Below the pieces are notes generated by a model. The model saw only the letters and a program-made list of their open reading frames with translations, ran no database searches and had not been told where the DNA came from. A stretch of DNA of 64,000 nt, taken from contig JALMLS010000103.1 in assembly GCA_038496445.1 (NCBI GenBank), positions 62,001-126,000 on the forward strand, read 5' to 3'. Positions 1-12,876 of this stretch are shown piece by piece. The position numbers and the translations under genes were made by a program. Source of the stretch: Trichosphaerium sp. ATCC 40318. Its lineage: Eukaryota > Protista > Tubulinea. Positions within the stretch are counted from its first letter, which is position 1. Every line of letters begins with the position of its first letter.

Positions 1-1423
1 TCTCTGATAGGTCTAACCCCTCTGTAATGGTACACACCAGTAGCCCTAAGAACATACTTCTCATACACAATACGTTGCCGTGCCATGAGATTAGTAACTA
101 ACCCATGTCTAGGCATGTCTGCTACAGCAAAAGCCCGGTAGTTATCTCTGGTTTTCGTGACATGGTGTAAAAGTACACCTTTGTACATATCAAGTTCATA
201 AAGTTTGAAGCTGTGTGTCTGTAATACACGCCAAATTAGAAAAAGGGTCGAAAGTAATCTCCATATCTCCTGAGGTATTATCTATATGTTTAGGACCTTC
301 TATAAGCGAACACTTCTAATACAAAGCTAAGTATAGAACAGAAAATGTTGCAAAAAAAAAGCCATTTATGTGTTAACTGCTTACTTTAATGTCCCATATT
401 GAGTACTCCCTGCTGTTCTTTGCGCAAGGGTCGACGAAATTACCGCCAGATGTATTTGAGAATCCGAGGGTTATTATATTATCAGAATCACCAAGCCACT
501 TGTGTGTAACACGTTTCTTTCCCAAATGTTGTGTTTGTATTTCGATTGCAACTTTTTTCTGTCTCGGATCTAAAATACTCAATGTAGAACTTGTTGTCAT
601 TGATAATAGAGATCCATTATAGTTCCAGTCTATCTTGCACACACAAGGTAGCTCTTCCTTCTCCTTGATATCAATACTATAAATAGAATCTCCCGTGTCA
701 ACCCTCCAAACAATCATTTTTCCATCTCTTCCTCCTGTTGACATAATACCATGTGCTACTGGATTAAAACAACACGTAGCAACACTAGCGTCATGACCTA
801 AATCGCTAAACTTAGAATACAGTACAAATGAATGTACAAGCAGCTACAATTAAAGGTAAAAACGAAAAGAGCAAAATCAGTTTTTTTTTTAATTTTTCTG
901 TGAAATAAAATTACCTCACGTGTACAACATAGTTAATTTGACAAATTAACTACACCGTTACTGTTGTATTACGTAAGGTATAATTTTTTCGTTTTCATAC
1001 CAATTAGTGAGCATTCTGGACCATCGTCTGTATTTTTCTGTAGATTCCATAATTTTACACTTCCAATGCATGATGTGGTGGCTATAATCTCTTCAAAGAA
1101 AGGATGGAATGTAAGGGTTGTAACAACATTATCATGTGCCTTGAAAGACGTTTTAGAAGCGCACTTTTGGTTAAGCAAATGACCAACATCTTCAAACGGT
1201 TAGTATACGGCCCACAAACTATCTAGAAACACTAAAAACTCAGTAAAATAGTCGTACCACACGTTCCGTTGGCTTTTTTGTAAGAAATAGCTAAAAATTG
1301 GCTGTTTACATCTATACAGCCTCCACCTGCGTAGAAACTATTTGGAGGCCATTCGCTAGTTGCGTTTGTAGGCTTTGCGCAAAATGTATGCCTATAAGTT
1401 GATCTTCGAACAAATCTACTCAT
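1..1423 (-). CDS. Coronin-like WD40 protein (multi-exon, runs off the window start)
   Basis: N-terminus MSRFVRRSTYRHTF matches the coronin start. WD40 segments follow (AHDNVVTTLTFHPF..VKLWNL; GHDASVA..STGGRDGKMIVW; IDWNYNGSLL..ILDPR; REYSIWD), joined by GT-AG introns. Confidence 0.75.
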
Positions 1424-1970
1424 TGACCTTGAGTACGCTATAATAGGATCAAGTTTATCGCGTCAGTTAAGTGTGAGTTAATAACACAGCAAAAGAGCAA
1501 TCTGTAAAATGGGTAGAAGCTAGTGATGGTACTAATAAAACTTAAGCTACTGTAGCAAATTTTGGTTTATTGGCATGTTATTTGCTGTTAAAGGCGGGTA
1601 ATAAAGCCAAAAATCCTCAAGCTTCGTATTTTTTTCTTGGTTTTTTGACAATTGTTCCTGTAAAAATTGTCACAGTTCAATTACATAGCTGATAAGCTAT
1701 TAGTATGAGAAGTAGTGAATTAGTCTTCACCGGACAAGCACGTGACTTTTCAACAACAAGATTTCATTTTACAGTCTACTAGTTTCGTTCCGAAAGTGAC
1801 TGATGTATTGTACATGTCTGGAGTACAACTGTTAAGCAAAAAGCTAAGGGAGTTTGTAGGTTCAGTTTTGTACTACAAAGTTCCCTTAGCTTTCCCAATT
1901 AAGGGTGGCCCATTTTTGACCCGACACTGTATTTCTACCGTGCCACTCGAGTGTTTTGTGTATGTGCACT

Positions 1971-2084
1971 ATAGATACTGGAGTGATATGCACACAGTAC
2001 TATGGATATTGTGCAATGGATATTTATTTAGCTATAGATACTGGAGTGATATGCACACAGTACTATGCAATGGATATTTATTTT
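1971..2084. repeat. Two tandem copies of a ~55-60 bp unit
   Basis: ctatagatactggagtgatatgcacacagtactatg...gcaatggatatttattt occurs twice back to back. gtaatagtgatcag is also repeated at ~2161 and ~2251. Confidence 0.85.
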
Positions 2085-3082
2085 GAAGCGCCTCTTCGGC
2101 GCCATGTGTGATGGGTACTACGCAGTAGCGGTTCCCTCCAACAGTAGCCATACGCTCGCCGTAATAGTGATCAGCTATTCAACCGACTAATCGCGTTTTT
2201 GGACAATACTGGGACACAAATATTTAACCTCAGAAGCTCGCGTTCCCTGTAGTAATAGTGATCAGTTATTCTACGGCTTGGTAAACGCTCAAACGCTCCG
2301 AGTAGTCACTGCAAAGAGCTATGCAGGAGGTATTATATTGTTGGTTTGTGGAGGGGCCCCTCCGTCTTTTCTGTCTTGAAACCTATTTTTATTCTGCGCG
2401 TTGATGTTTGGTTTTTTATTGTGGTTTACTTTATATACTCCCAAAGTACCCTTGTGGTACTTTATGAAGCAGTTTAAAACAAACATAAAGTTCGGAGTTA
2501 TAGGAGTGAGCTTCAGTAGCTGTTTATTAGCAATCATCCAGATACAAACGAGTTCTAATAGCAAACTGACTATTTTAATCGACCATTCTATTACACTTTT
2601 CTTCACGGACTCAGACGGTTTTGTTCGTACCTTTCAATGATATGTACATACCAAAAACTACAAGCAGACGTTTTGCGAGTGCTGAACTACCTCGGAGGTA
2701 GAAAATCTCATCCCTACACAAAATTTTTTTTGGAAGAACTGTTGTTACAGTTATTAGTTCATTCAATCAAAAATAACTTATTTGATAAAACTAAGGGATT
2801 CATTATTTATTCGGTAACAAGAGATTGACACTCGATGAAAGGTACCGACAGGGTTTACTAAAACTAGGAGACACCAAAAAAGAAAAAAAAGGAATAATAT
2901 TGACTTTTCCTCAAATCTCATCAAGGATTCTTTTTTTTTCTTATTATAACCCCTGCTCGCTATTCAATTAAAAAAAAATGCGAAAAAACAGTAGAGTTGT
3001 AGAAAAAAAAACCTCGAAGAGATTCAAACAAGGATCGGTTTTTTTTTTCCTTTTTTTTTCTTTTTCGCCATTTTCGTCTCCA

Positions 3083-6000
3083 TTAAAGCAAGACTTGCTC
3101 TCCAACGTCATCGTCTTCGTCTTCCTCTTCCTCCTCCTCTTCAGAATTGCCATAGTCTTCATCACGTGCTAAAAGCTCGTCTTCAGAAGCGTCCTCGATG
3201 CTATTATTGCTGTCATCATCGTCATCGTCGTCATCTTCAAACAAAGCACGACTACTCTCTGGGATCTCATTGGCAACAAACTCGCCAATCTCTGGAGCCA
3301 TACGTGCAATATGCTCAAGCTTCTCAAGAACAAGACGCAAGTGACCAACATACTGTCGTTGTTTACCACTAGGAACTTCTGGCTCGTTCTCAATCTCTTC
3401 ACATATCCTTTTAATGAATCCAGTAGACTGCATCCAGTTGATCAATAGGTCAGTATTCTCGCAGTAAAAGATTGTCTCAAGGAGATGTGTAACAATCGAG
3501 TGGAATACGTTTGAAAGCTTATGTTCAAAGAAAAGCTCAAGAACAACATCAACAATATTAGACGCGTAAATAGCACGGTCTACAATATCGTAATTCGTCA
3601 TGCATATTTGTAGGAGGGTATTTACACAGTCATGACGGAAAAATCCCAGATTGTTGTCAGTTTGACGCTCGAAAGGTGCTTCTTTTAGGTATTTTGCGAG
3701 GTAGGCGATTGGTGTGCCTTCTGTGTTGATTGGAGCCTCACCATCATCATTACCATTAGGAAGGTCCGCAGCAGGCTTTGGAGCAGGTAAGTCGCTACCG
3801 TTGTTGCTAAGCGGTTGAAGGAGTAGAGCAATTGGTGGTGGATGCTCATCGGTTTCATATACTTCTTCATTTGCGCATGCGGAAACCAGAAGGGTTACAA
3901 GCTCAATTGTGATCTTTGCTACAGGTAATGGCGCATCTCTGAATGTTACATTGTATACAGCTTCTGCGAACTCTGGAACCTCTAGTAGATACCTAATATG
4001 GGAAAAAACCGTTTAGATGGAGTTTAACAGATGTCAAGGAAAAATAAAGCGCTAAAATAATGCAAATCAACGCTTCGTACCTCTGGAGCTGTGGTACTTC
4101 CATTGAGAGTATTGTGCGCACTGTTTCGACGATGTTTTGTAGATATACTTCAGCCTCGTAGTCGAAAGTAGGTAGCTTAGCAATACGCTCTAAACTAAAA
4201 AGCAAGTGAGACAAACAACTAACGACATTGATGAAAGTAAAAAAAAAGAGAAAACTCTTTTTGGCCCAAAAAACGTACTTGACGCGTAGAAAGTGTACAA
4301 AATTGTATGTTTCAGCAAGATAATTAGACCATTGGAGTAATGTTTCAGTAGGATTAACCATATCTACAACGAATAACGATGAGAAAAGACCAAAAGAAAA
4401 AAAAAAGAGCGCCAGGGCTCTACAAAAACATAAAAACACCATGACATAGCGTTAGATATCACTAATAGGCGTTTAAAAGGGTACGTACCAGCTAATAATT
4501 GAAATACATGTTCTTTACCCAAATTCTTGGCAAGATCATCACCAAAGTGATAATTTGAATCCTCTTTGTGTCGTGTATCAATTATACTTTGAAGTTTTGT
4601 TGTTCTTGTAGATTTACAAAACAAAAAGTCCATTACTTTAAACCAATCCCAAGGATTGATGCCCTATTTAAAAATAAGAACATACGCATTGACAAACATT
4701 ATAAGAAAAAAAAAAACCAAGGCATTTCATGACAACAAGCCACAAAATAAGAACCAAAAAGAACACTTCGTTTGTGAATTCTCCTCCGGAAAAAAAAATG
4801 GCAAGAATTCATTAGATACTTGAAAAAACAAGTAATTTACCTCCATAGCGCCGTTGTGTACAAAATCAAGGAGTTTGTAGACAATATGAGGATATTCGAG
4901 AAGACATTCAGCAATCTCTTCGCTCGTTAATAACTCAGTAGAAAAATGAATCGCAGTTAATCGATTAGGTTGGCGTCTTGGGTCTACAAAAAAACGCAAT
5001 CAGCACGAGAAGCAACAAAAGACAACGTAAATAGAGTAAAAACTCTTTTTTGTTTCTAAATTCAAAACTTGCTTGACGTACCGTCAACGGTTACAAAATT
5101 GTTTCTGAAGCCTCCATTATTACATTGTGGGGCATCTGGGTCACAGCACCACCTATAGAAATATGTGAGATTCCATAATGTAGTGACAGAAAGCTATAGC
5201 GATAAAATACGCAAACAACTCGCTATTTTTTTTTTGATGTTCAAAAATAACCGGTTTCTTACCTCTCGGAATACTCTTCTTTGACTATAAATTTATGTTC
5301 ATGCTTACCAGGTGGTAATAGCACTTCAGTGACATGTTTCTAGACATGAATATTCAGTATTGCATCGATCTCAACGACAATAAAAGACTTTCGGAATTGC
5401 AAACGTTTTTTTGCCTTTAGAAAAACCAGCTCCAAAAACCAAAATACGTACACGGTCAATTGGATCCCATTGGAGTTTTTCACGTCTGTTCCAGTTATCT
5501 AGAAAAGCGCCCAAAATATAAACTTCACTCTCTCTTTTGGCCTCAAAAGTTATCCGTACTGCAATGTTACGCAGAAATATTAGCTTTCACAACACGTAGT
5601 GTTTAAATGCATTTAAGGAAAGTAGAAATTCTTCATTTTTTTTTCAATTTTCACAAAAAGGAAAAGAGTTATGGTTTACGTACCAACATACTTTTCTACT
5701 GGTCTAGGGAAGTTACCAAATGATAACTCCACATTATGAGGTGCAATCACGAGAGTCACTAGCGTATCTAAATTTTCTTCTTTACCGAGCAAAGTAATAA
5801 GCGACGGCAATTTGGCTTGAAAGTCCTAATAGATAATTATTAGCTAAAGATAAACAAGATATTTGAGACTCCAATTAAAAAAAAACGATGGTAGTTTTGC
5901 TACCAATCACCGCGTTTTTTGTCACAAATGAGAGTGTGTATGAATATTGTAGCGTGTGGTGGTGTAAAATAAAGCAGTAGAGCCAGAGTTAGAATCTCGT

Positions 6001-6371
6001 GTGGTAGTACTTACGTTTAAGAAGGTTTCATGAGTATTAAGATTGCATATAAGCTCTAGGAGCGTTCTTTTAGTGTAATCAATTGGACCACCTACAAGAG
6101 ATTTAGGTAATGTTGATTACTAATGAAGCAAAGTGAGAATTGCGCTGTATGCGATGTGACTACACGTTTATTTTGTAGCCGAACGCTTTAAGCACAAAAT
6201 AAGCATTTAAAAAAACTACGCTAACAAAGGTCTTCGCTACTAGACGTCGCTTTTTGCGTATTTCCTATGGCGCGAGATCTTACCAACATCAAAGGCAGGT
6301 GCGTCAAGTTCACGCGTAAGTTCATCTAACTCTTCCATCATTGAACCCTGTGTCGAAACCGCGGGTTCCAT
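3083..6371 (-). CDS. SIT4 phosphatase-associated (SAPS/PPP6R-like) protein with acidic tail; many introns, start approximate
   Basis: Last exon LGFFRH..IVDVVLELFFEHKLSNVFHSIV..YVGHLRLV followed by a D/E-rich tail resembles the SAPS C-terminal region. Upstream exons (e.g. STELLTSE..LLDFV) are bounded by GT-AG. Confidence 0.65.
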
Positions 6372-7442
6372 CCCATCAACAGTCTAAAAAAAAAATCGCT
6401 GGCTTGAAATGGTCAGACATTCTTATTCGCAATAAATAATTTTTGCGAGACGCTCTCCCTTCAGCACCACTAGTCTGTGCTTTTTGAAATAATTTTGGAT
6501 TAATTCTACTACGAGCACCCGAAACGTAATTCGCAACGTGAATCCTATTTAAATAGCACTTGATACGCGTATTTCGTGTTGCTTACTTTTCTCAATTCTG
6601 CTTTTTGTTAAAGGCGCAATTGCGTCATACGTAATTGTTTGAAGGTTGATACACGCGTAAGGACAACGCTAGCGTGTCATAACCCCATTTTGCGAGTATG
6701 TTACAGTTTGCGTTGTCGCAAAGTGAAACAAACCAGTTGTCAAAGGAAGCGCTTAGGAAGGCTACAATCGTTCATTAAACCAAAGTGAAGGTTGCACGTT
6801 AAAAGTGTAAGGCACAATGAGACGTTTGTTGAATCTCTTCGAGTCACGTAGGAGTAGTAAGTATCGTGTACTAACTCTACTAATATGACCTTTACTTTTC
6901 GGAATGCTGAACTGACATTTGCCAGGTTTGTTTTGCACGTGATAGGAGTGACAATAAATAAATCAAACCTAACAAATGTCAAGGTGGGACTAAGCACACT
7001 TTGTTAAAAGGGAGTGAATTGTCGAAGCTGTCAAACTTTCGGTGTCACTTAAAAGCGCACGTGAAGAAACAAGGTTTATTCAAGCCATGCCAATTTGGCT
7101 TACAGGGCACTAGTATCACATTGAGAACTTTGTTTTGCAGAAATTTTAGCGTACCTCAAAGATTCAATGTCGCTATGGTCAAACTGCGTAAAATTAAGTA
7201 TTATTAACACCACAACATGACAAACGGTAAGAGTTAGCAAAAACGCTACTTTCATTGGAACTGATTATGTTGTTATTTAGAAAATAGCGAATTTGTTCTT
7301 TACAACCACTGCGCACTTCGTAGTGTACAACGTACACTCTCAAATTAGGATAAAAAGTTTTTCCTAACGCCTCCAATTAGTTGGCTCTCTTTTGGGCGTA
7401 GTTACCTCTCCTTTCATCTCTATGTTCTTCAAGGGACGCTAT

Positions 7443-8332
7443 ATGCCAAAACTTGGTATGTTGTACAACATTAACGTTTAAACTGATGACGGCTAGGAAA
7501 CACTATGACTGCCGTTAGTATAACTGCTGCAGCCGGTCTTGGCGGCTTATGCGCTTGGAAAATAAATAACATTATCGAGGATGAAAACGAAGGCATTGCA
7601 TGTACGTTTGTTGTCTAAAACCGCTACCGTGGAACTTGAATTAAAAAAAAAGCTGCCGATCATATCCAACAACTTTTATTCTTTACTGACGCTATATTTT
7701 AGCTATCAGAGAGCGTAGTTATCGTTTGTACTGGAATAGAGGACAAGAAGATCTGGATAAAGTCAGTTTAGTGAGCGGTTTAGCCGGCGGCCTACTTGGT
7801 GGTGCCATGTACGTTTATTGTTATCCCCGTTAATCGAACAACGCGAGGACACTAATTCTAGCCTCCAATTTCAGATTTTTGCTTGAACAAAAAACCGTTT
7901 TACTTTTACACTATTTTTGTGGACCCTTTTGGCCTTTATTTGCCTACAGTTTCATTAAAATACATTTTTGGTTGTTGTTTAACATGATAACATTAAATCC
8001 TCGTATTCTCAGATGACTCAAAACATCTGTGAACTCACTTCTTGGTAATTTGTTGAAACTCTGACTTCAGTAAATTTTTTTCTTCTCTTTCATCGTAATA
8101 CATACCTATTCTGACTTATTATCACAGTGGTATGGGCTACCTTCCTGGTACTCTTGCAGGTCTAGGACTTGGAGCAGCAGGGTTTATGGTAAACTCAAAA
8201 ATGACAGGCGAAGCCATGATTCAAGAGTTGAAGACTGAGGAAGTTGAACCAGTCGTTGAAGAAAAGATTTCAGTTGTTATGGATATTGATCCTGTACCAG
8301 AATTATCAGCAGAGGTTAAGGCTGAAGAGTAG
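7443..8332 (+). CDS. Small Gly/Ala-rich putative membrane protein (glycine-zipper-like), multi-exon
   Basis: Spliced segments AAAGLGGLCAW, GLAGGLLGGA and GTLAGLGLGAAG, then an acidic tail; canonical splice sites. Confidence 0.5.
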
Positions 8333-8745
8333 AGGGAAAGTAGAGAAAAGAAGAAAGGGATATGTCCTTTCTTTTCCTATTTTATTCTTTGTTTTGTTGC
8401 TGCGTTACATTGGCTTTTAACCACTAATTACAGCCCAAACTTGTATTATTTTAGTTATTCATGATTGTATATGAAAGTCAAACTGATATGTAGCACAAAC
8501 CAAATAAACACTTACAACCTATTAATATCAAAAATAAATGTTATCTCTCGGTTTGTTGCACATGAAATCAAAGTGGTACTACTATTACCAAGCAGTGTTT
8601 CTACTCAACGGCGTTAATTCCTTGTCTGTTACCATAGTAAACTAGTCGCAAGTGTTGATCCTTCTAAATGTCAATGCGATTCAAGGTTGAGTTTTAAAAC
8701 CAAAAACACTATTCAAAGCGACGCCACGTACTAGAGAATAAAAAC

Positions 8746-9431
8746 ATGGTAATTGTTTGTTTAAAAACGCGTTACTTTGCTAATAGAATATTTATGCTTA
8801 GATAGCCAAAAAACAAGAGCTCCACAACCTTTTGAACCTTCCTTTGGAGTTACAACTTGATATCATTGAGACAGACATTGAAGTATATTTAAAATGGCCG
8901 CTTATCTCTAAACAAGCAGCAACAACAACAAGGTTCGATGTTTGCCTTAACAAACACAGAAAATGGATGAATTTCAAACGAAACAAACTAAGCAGACAGT
9001 GCTACTTTGTACACGGGATACAAGAAGGAGAATCAAAGATATGGCATTTAGATAGTGGCACCTTGAAGGGGAAGTGTAACTACGTAAATGGAAAAGTAGA
9101 AGGGGAGTACAATAATTGGTATTGTAATGGTAACTTACATTTTCAATGTCATTATGTCAATGGTAAGCGAGAAGGAGTTTACAGAAGTTGGTATAACACT
9201 GGTCAACTAAGAAGGCAGCAGTATTATGTAAATGGTAAATTCGAAGGAGAGTGTAAAGCATGGCATAAAGGAGGTAAATTGGCTGAACAGTGTTCGTATG
9301 TTAACAATAAACGAGAGGGAGTATATAAAGCTTGGTACTTCAATGGACAAATACAGCTACACTGTCGCTTTGTCAATGATAAACAACAAGGTTTGTTCTC
9401 ACGTTGGCTCTTTGACGGTACATTAATATGA
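8746..9431 (+). CDS. F-box-like + MORN-variant (YwqK-type) repeat protein
   Basis: ATG at 8746, then intron 8749-8801 (GTAATT..TTAG). LLNLPLELQLDII is F-box-like, followed by ~6 repeats of W(Y/H)xNGxLxxxxxYVNGKxEGxY. Confidence 0.8.
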
Positions 9432-9588
9432 GTGTTTGTATGGTTAATAAATAGATGCAATCTTGTAACGCTATTTATGAAAATGTAAGAACATAATACT
9501 AATTACTATTCCCTATGCACGATATTGTTGGTATGTCAACAAACGATTATGCATATTCTATCGCATTAGTACAAACTGTGACGTAGTC

Positions 9589-9595
9589 AAAAAAA
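9589..9595 (-). terminator. Pol III oligo-T terminator of the tRNA pair
   Basis: T7 run on the minus strand immediately after the tRNA-Leu discriminator base. Confidence 0.6.
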
Positions 9596-9682
9596 TGCAG
9601 AGAGTGGGATTCGAACCCACACGTGATTTTCATCACATTGTGTCTTAAGCACAACCTCATTAACCAATTCGAGCACCTCTGC
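9596..9682 (-). tRNA. tRNA-Leu(UAA)
   Basis: Cloverleaf: acceptor GCAGAGG/TCTCTGC-A, anticodon stem TTGTG/CACAA with loop CTTAAGA, long variable arm, T arm GTGGG-TTCGAAT-CCCAC. Confidence 0.92.
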
Positions 9683-9687
9683 GTATG

Positions 9688-9758
9688 TGGGATAACCAGG
9701 AATCGAACCTGAACTGCAGCACCTTCAATGCCATGTGCTTCCGTTACACCATTGTCCC
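9688..9758 (-). tRNA. tRNA with GAA anticodon (Phe), atypical body
   Basis: GGGACAA TG GTGT AACGGAA GCAC A TGGCA TTGAAGG TGCTG CAGT TCAGG TTCGATT CCTGG TTATCCC A. One C:A mismatch in the acceptor stem and two G-U pairs in the anticodon stem. Confidence 0.75.
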
Positions 9759-10085
9759 ATTTGTTTATACCTACTATTCAATGAGATTGCACCGGATCAA
9801 AAAGTCATTTCTCAGTACTTGATCAAATACATACACTGTGAAATCATGTACGAACACGAAAAAATAAAAACATGTCAAACAGCATTTGGTCTCAACAAAA
9901 GTCTTGAATTTCTTTGAGTCGACTCGTACGGGTACTGTTGTTGCTACTACAATTACAAGTTTACCAGTATAAGTATTGGGAAAATTGTTTTTAGTATTCA
10001 CAAGCAGTTACTCTCAAGAATCAATTCAGTTAATTGATTTCGGGTATGATCGCTTAAAACAACCCAATTAACAAAAGAACTCAAT

Positions 10086-12700
10086 ATGGCAGCACCACAG
10101 CTGCTACCCCCAGAAGCAAATAACCGCGTAGGTCGTACGATGCGTAATGTACGAGTATTTCGTATCGAATTATGCGAAGGTGTCAAATTCTGCACACAAC
10201 ATAAAGTGTATGTATCGTTTCAGCATCGTAAAGAGAAAGCAAGTTCGCAAGGCACGTTTTATGTCTAATATATCTATTTCTCTTTCTTGATGAACCGATG
10301 TAATAAACACGACGGTTATACGCGTATGAGACATAACTAACATGTTTTATAGTGATAAACCTTGATAAACGTCAATTTTATCAGCGCTTAGCGCTACTCA
10401 TCGACGAGGGCAACGTAGATCCTCTAATAGTGAAGGTTAAAACAAAAAAATTCATGCACGCTAAAGAAGTACGTCAATCACAATCGTTTTATGCTTAAAC
10501 GCGCAAAGGTGACATCAGAGCTCTATATAGACTTTGCCAAACTTAAAGTAGGAGAAACAAAGTACGATGACGTTCTTTCAAGACAATAAACATCTCAATG
10601 GCTAGCGTCCTTAATAACAATTTACTACAGGGATGCATGGATCGATTTTACAAAACAAGGTCATCCTGGAATGAAACTTCATTTTAGAGTCAACTTGAAC
10701 ATTGAGTCGATGCCGCCTAGGGCTATTAAGAAGGCATTAAGGTACTGACAGATTTTTCGTATAGTACCTTGCCGATGTTTTGACTGTGTTCCTTACAGGA
10801 GAATTAAGAGTCAAGTCTCTGTGAGTGTACCTTTAAAGACTTATCATACGGGAGAAACAATATCAGGTGTTGTTCATGTTTCAGCGCCTGTACCTCTTAA
10901 AATCAAAGACGGCCTTCGTTTACTTCTTTTTGGATATGTACGTATTGGTACTGTTTCAAAAAGAATAGCTTGGATCACGTTTTTACACGTGCAGGCGATT
11001 AGTTTTCTCATTTTTTTTTTGTGAACAGCGTTATTTTACCTAGGGTTTCTTGTAGCATCTTTTGTCATTATCACTCATGGTATATTCTTAGGAGTACGTC
11101 TTTTGGCAACGAAGTTCAGGCAGGAACACAGTAACGTATACGAGGACTTTGAGGTTTCTTAATAAAGAAATAACGATTAAAGGATTCCCAGATGTACGTA
11201 CTTGTTTTTCCTTGGAAGTTGGCATGTTTAAAAGACTTATTTTGAATCTGAGTTTAGGGTATACCTGTAGGACATCATGCCATACCTTTTAAGATACAGA
11301 TACCACAAGGATTACCATCATCCTTTTTCCATACAGGAGTAGAAAGAGGTGAAATAACATATAAAATAATGTCATACTTCAAACCAGGAAAAAAACCTAT
11401 TGGTGGATGTTGTACGTCATTAGTATACTTTTCTTTTACTTTTATATAATTCCTCAATATCAAAAACTCGGGTAACAATCTATTTTTGCATTCCTGGTAC
11501 TCTGAGAGTACCACAAAACCGCAATGGTTTCGTTTCTTATTTTTTTCTTATTTGTTGTAACATCTTTTGCTTTCTCTATTACTATCTTTCACTAGTTAGT
11601 TTTATAACTTATTTTGAATAGCTCCTCAAATTGACATTGCTGAACAAATGGATGAAGCTGATTATCCTGATGCTCTGAATTTTACGCACAAAAAAAGTGG
11701 TGTCAAATTTTCTGTTTATTACCCAAGACCAGTACTTTATATTGATGATAATAAAGTACTTGAGTTTACGATGGTAAGTGGATATTCCCTTTTTCTAACG
11801 CACAGCAATTTAAACAATTCAAGTTGCGTGACTTATCAATAACACGATATAGACAATCGAAAATGTTACTGCAAAAGTCCTGAAGCTAGACGCACTGAAA
11901 CTCAAAGTCACAAGAGTTTTCTTATCTCACACAGCTGCAACAGCAAAAAAGTACGTTTTTGAGATATAACTAATGTAAATTAACGTTTTACTAAAGGTAC
12001 ACAATGGCTGAAATGAAACTTGAAGAGAAAATCGAACCTGGAGACACTTTGAAGAAAAAGTTTAAAATACCTTTCCAGATTCTTTCAGCGATGTTCTGGC
12101 CTACTGTAGGTCATCCAAACATTGTAAGGAACAATTATCGTGTAAAAGTAAAGACAAGACTTGGAAGGTGTACGTATAAGCAAGCTGTGATAGTGACAGC
12201 AAATGAATTTTTCTGACTTTTTATTAGCAAACGCGAATGTTTCATTTCCATTCCAAGTATGCGGACATCCACGTGCTCGTCAAATCAAGAAAAATGTTCA
12301 TGTTGAGTATAAGCTTGAACCTGAAGAAGAGTCAAACGATAGTTCAGATAGCTCATACAGCGTCGTGTCTCTCAGAACAAGGTACCTTAAAACTCTTGTT
12401 TGTCTTGTTCTTATTTTTTTCTTCAGTCATTCCGACTTCCAGCAACATGAAACAACCCCAACAGGCGCTTCTACGCCTCTCACACAGAATGATATAAGCG
12501 AGAGCGGTGATCTAGATGAAGATGTTGATGCACCTTCAAGTGATGAAGAAGATAAAGATGAGGATGATAGTTTAAGTGGTGATGATGGTGACGATACTGA
12601 AAGTAAAGATAGGTTGATGAAAGGAAGTGACAATATTCTTATGTCTGACATTTTTAAGAAAAATCCTTTTCTTTCAAATTATCCTGTTTACATTCAATAA
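10086..12700 (+). CDS. Alpha-arrestin family protein with N-terminal C2-like domain and acidic tail
   Basis: Arrestin-N motifs YHTGETISGVVHV and GHHAIPFKIQIPQGLPSSF..GEITYKI; arrestin-C-like PTVGHPNIVRNNYRVKV. The N-terminal exons have C2-like strand spacing (inference). Confidence 0.75.
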
Positions 12701-12876
12701 AATACAAACAAACATTGTAAAGAACCTGTTCAACAAATGGCACGATCAAACACTTGGATTGGTCATTCCTTTTTTTTTCTTCACAATAACCAAGAAAAAA
12801 CACGTGTTTCCTGGACCGCAGTATATCAACTGTTTACGCTTTCCCGCGTAAAAAGAACCAGTATATGACAGAGTTA

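Noticed and set aside
1971-2270. CRISPR-like array
   Set aside because: Only two copies of each unit, no unique spacers, eukaryotic context and no cas genes.
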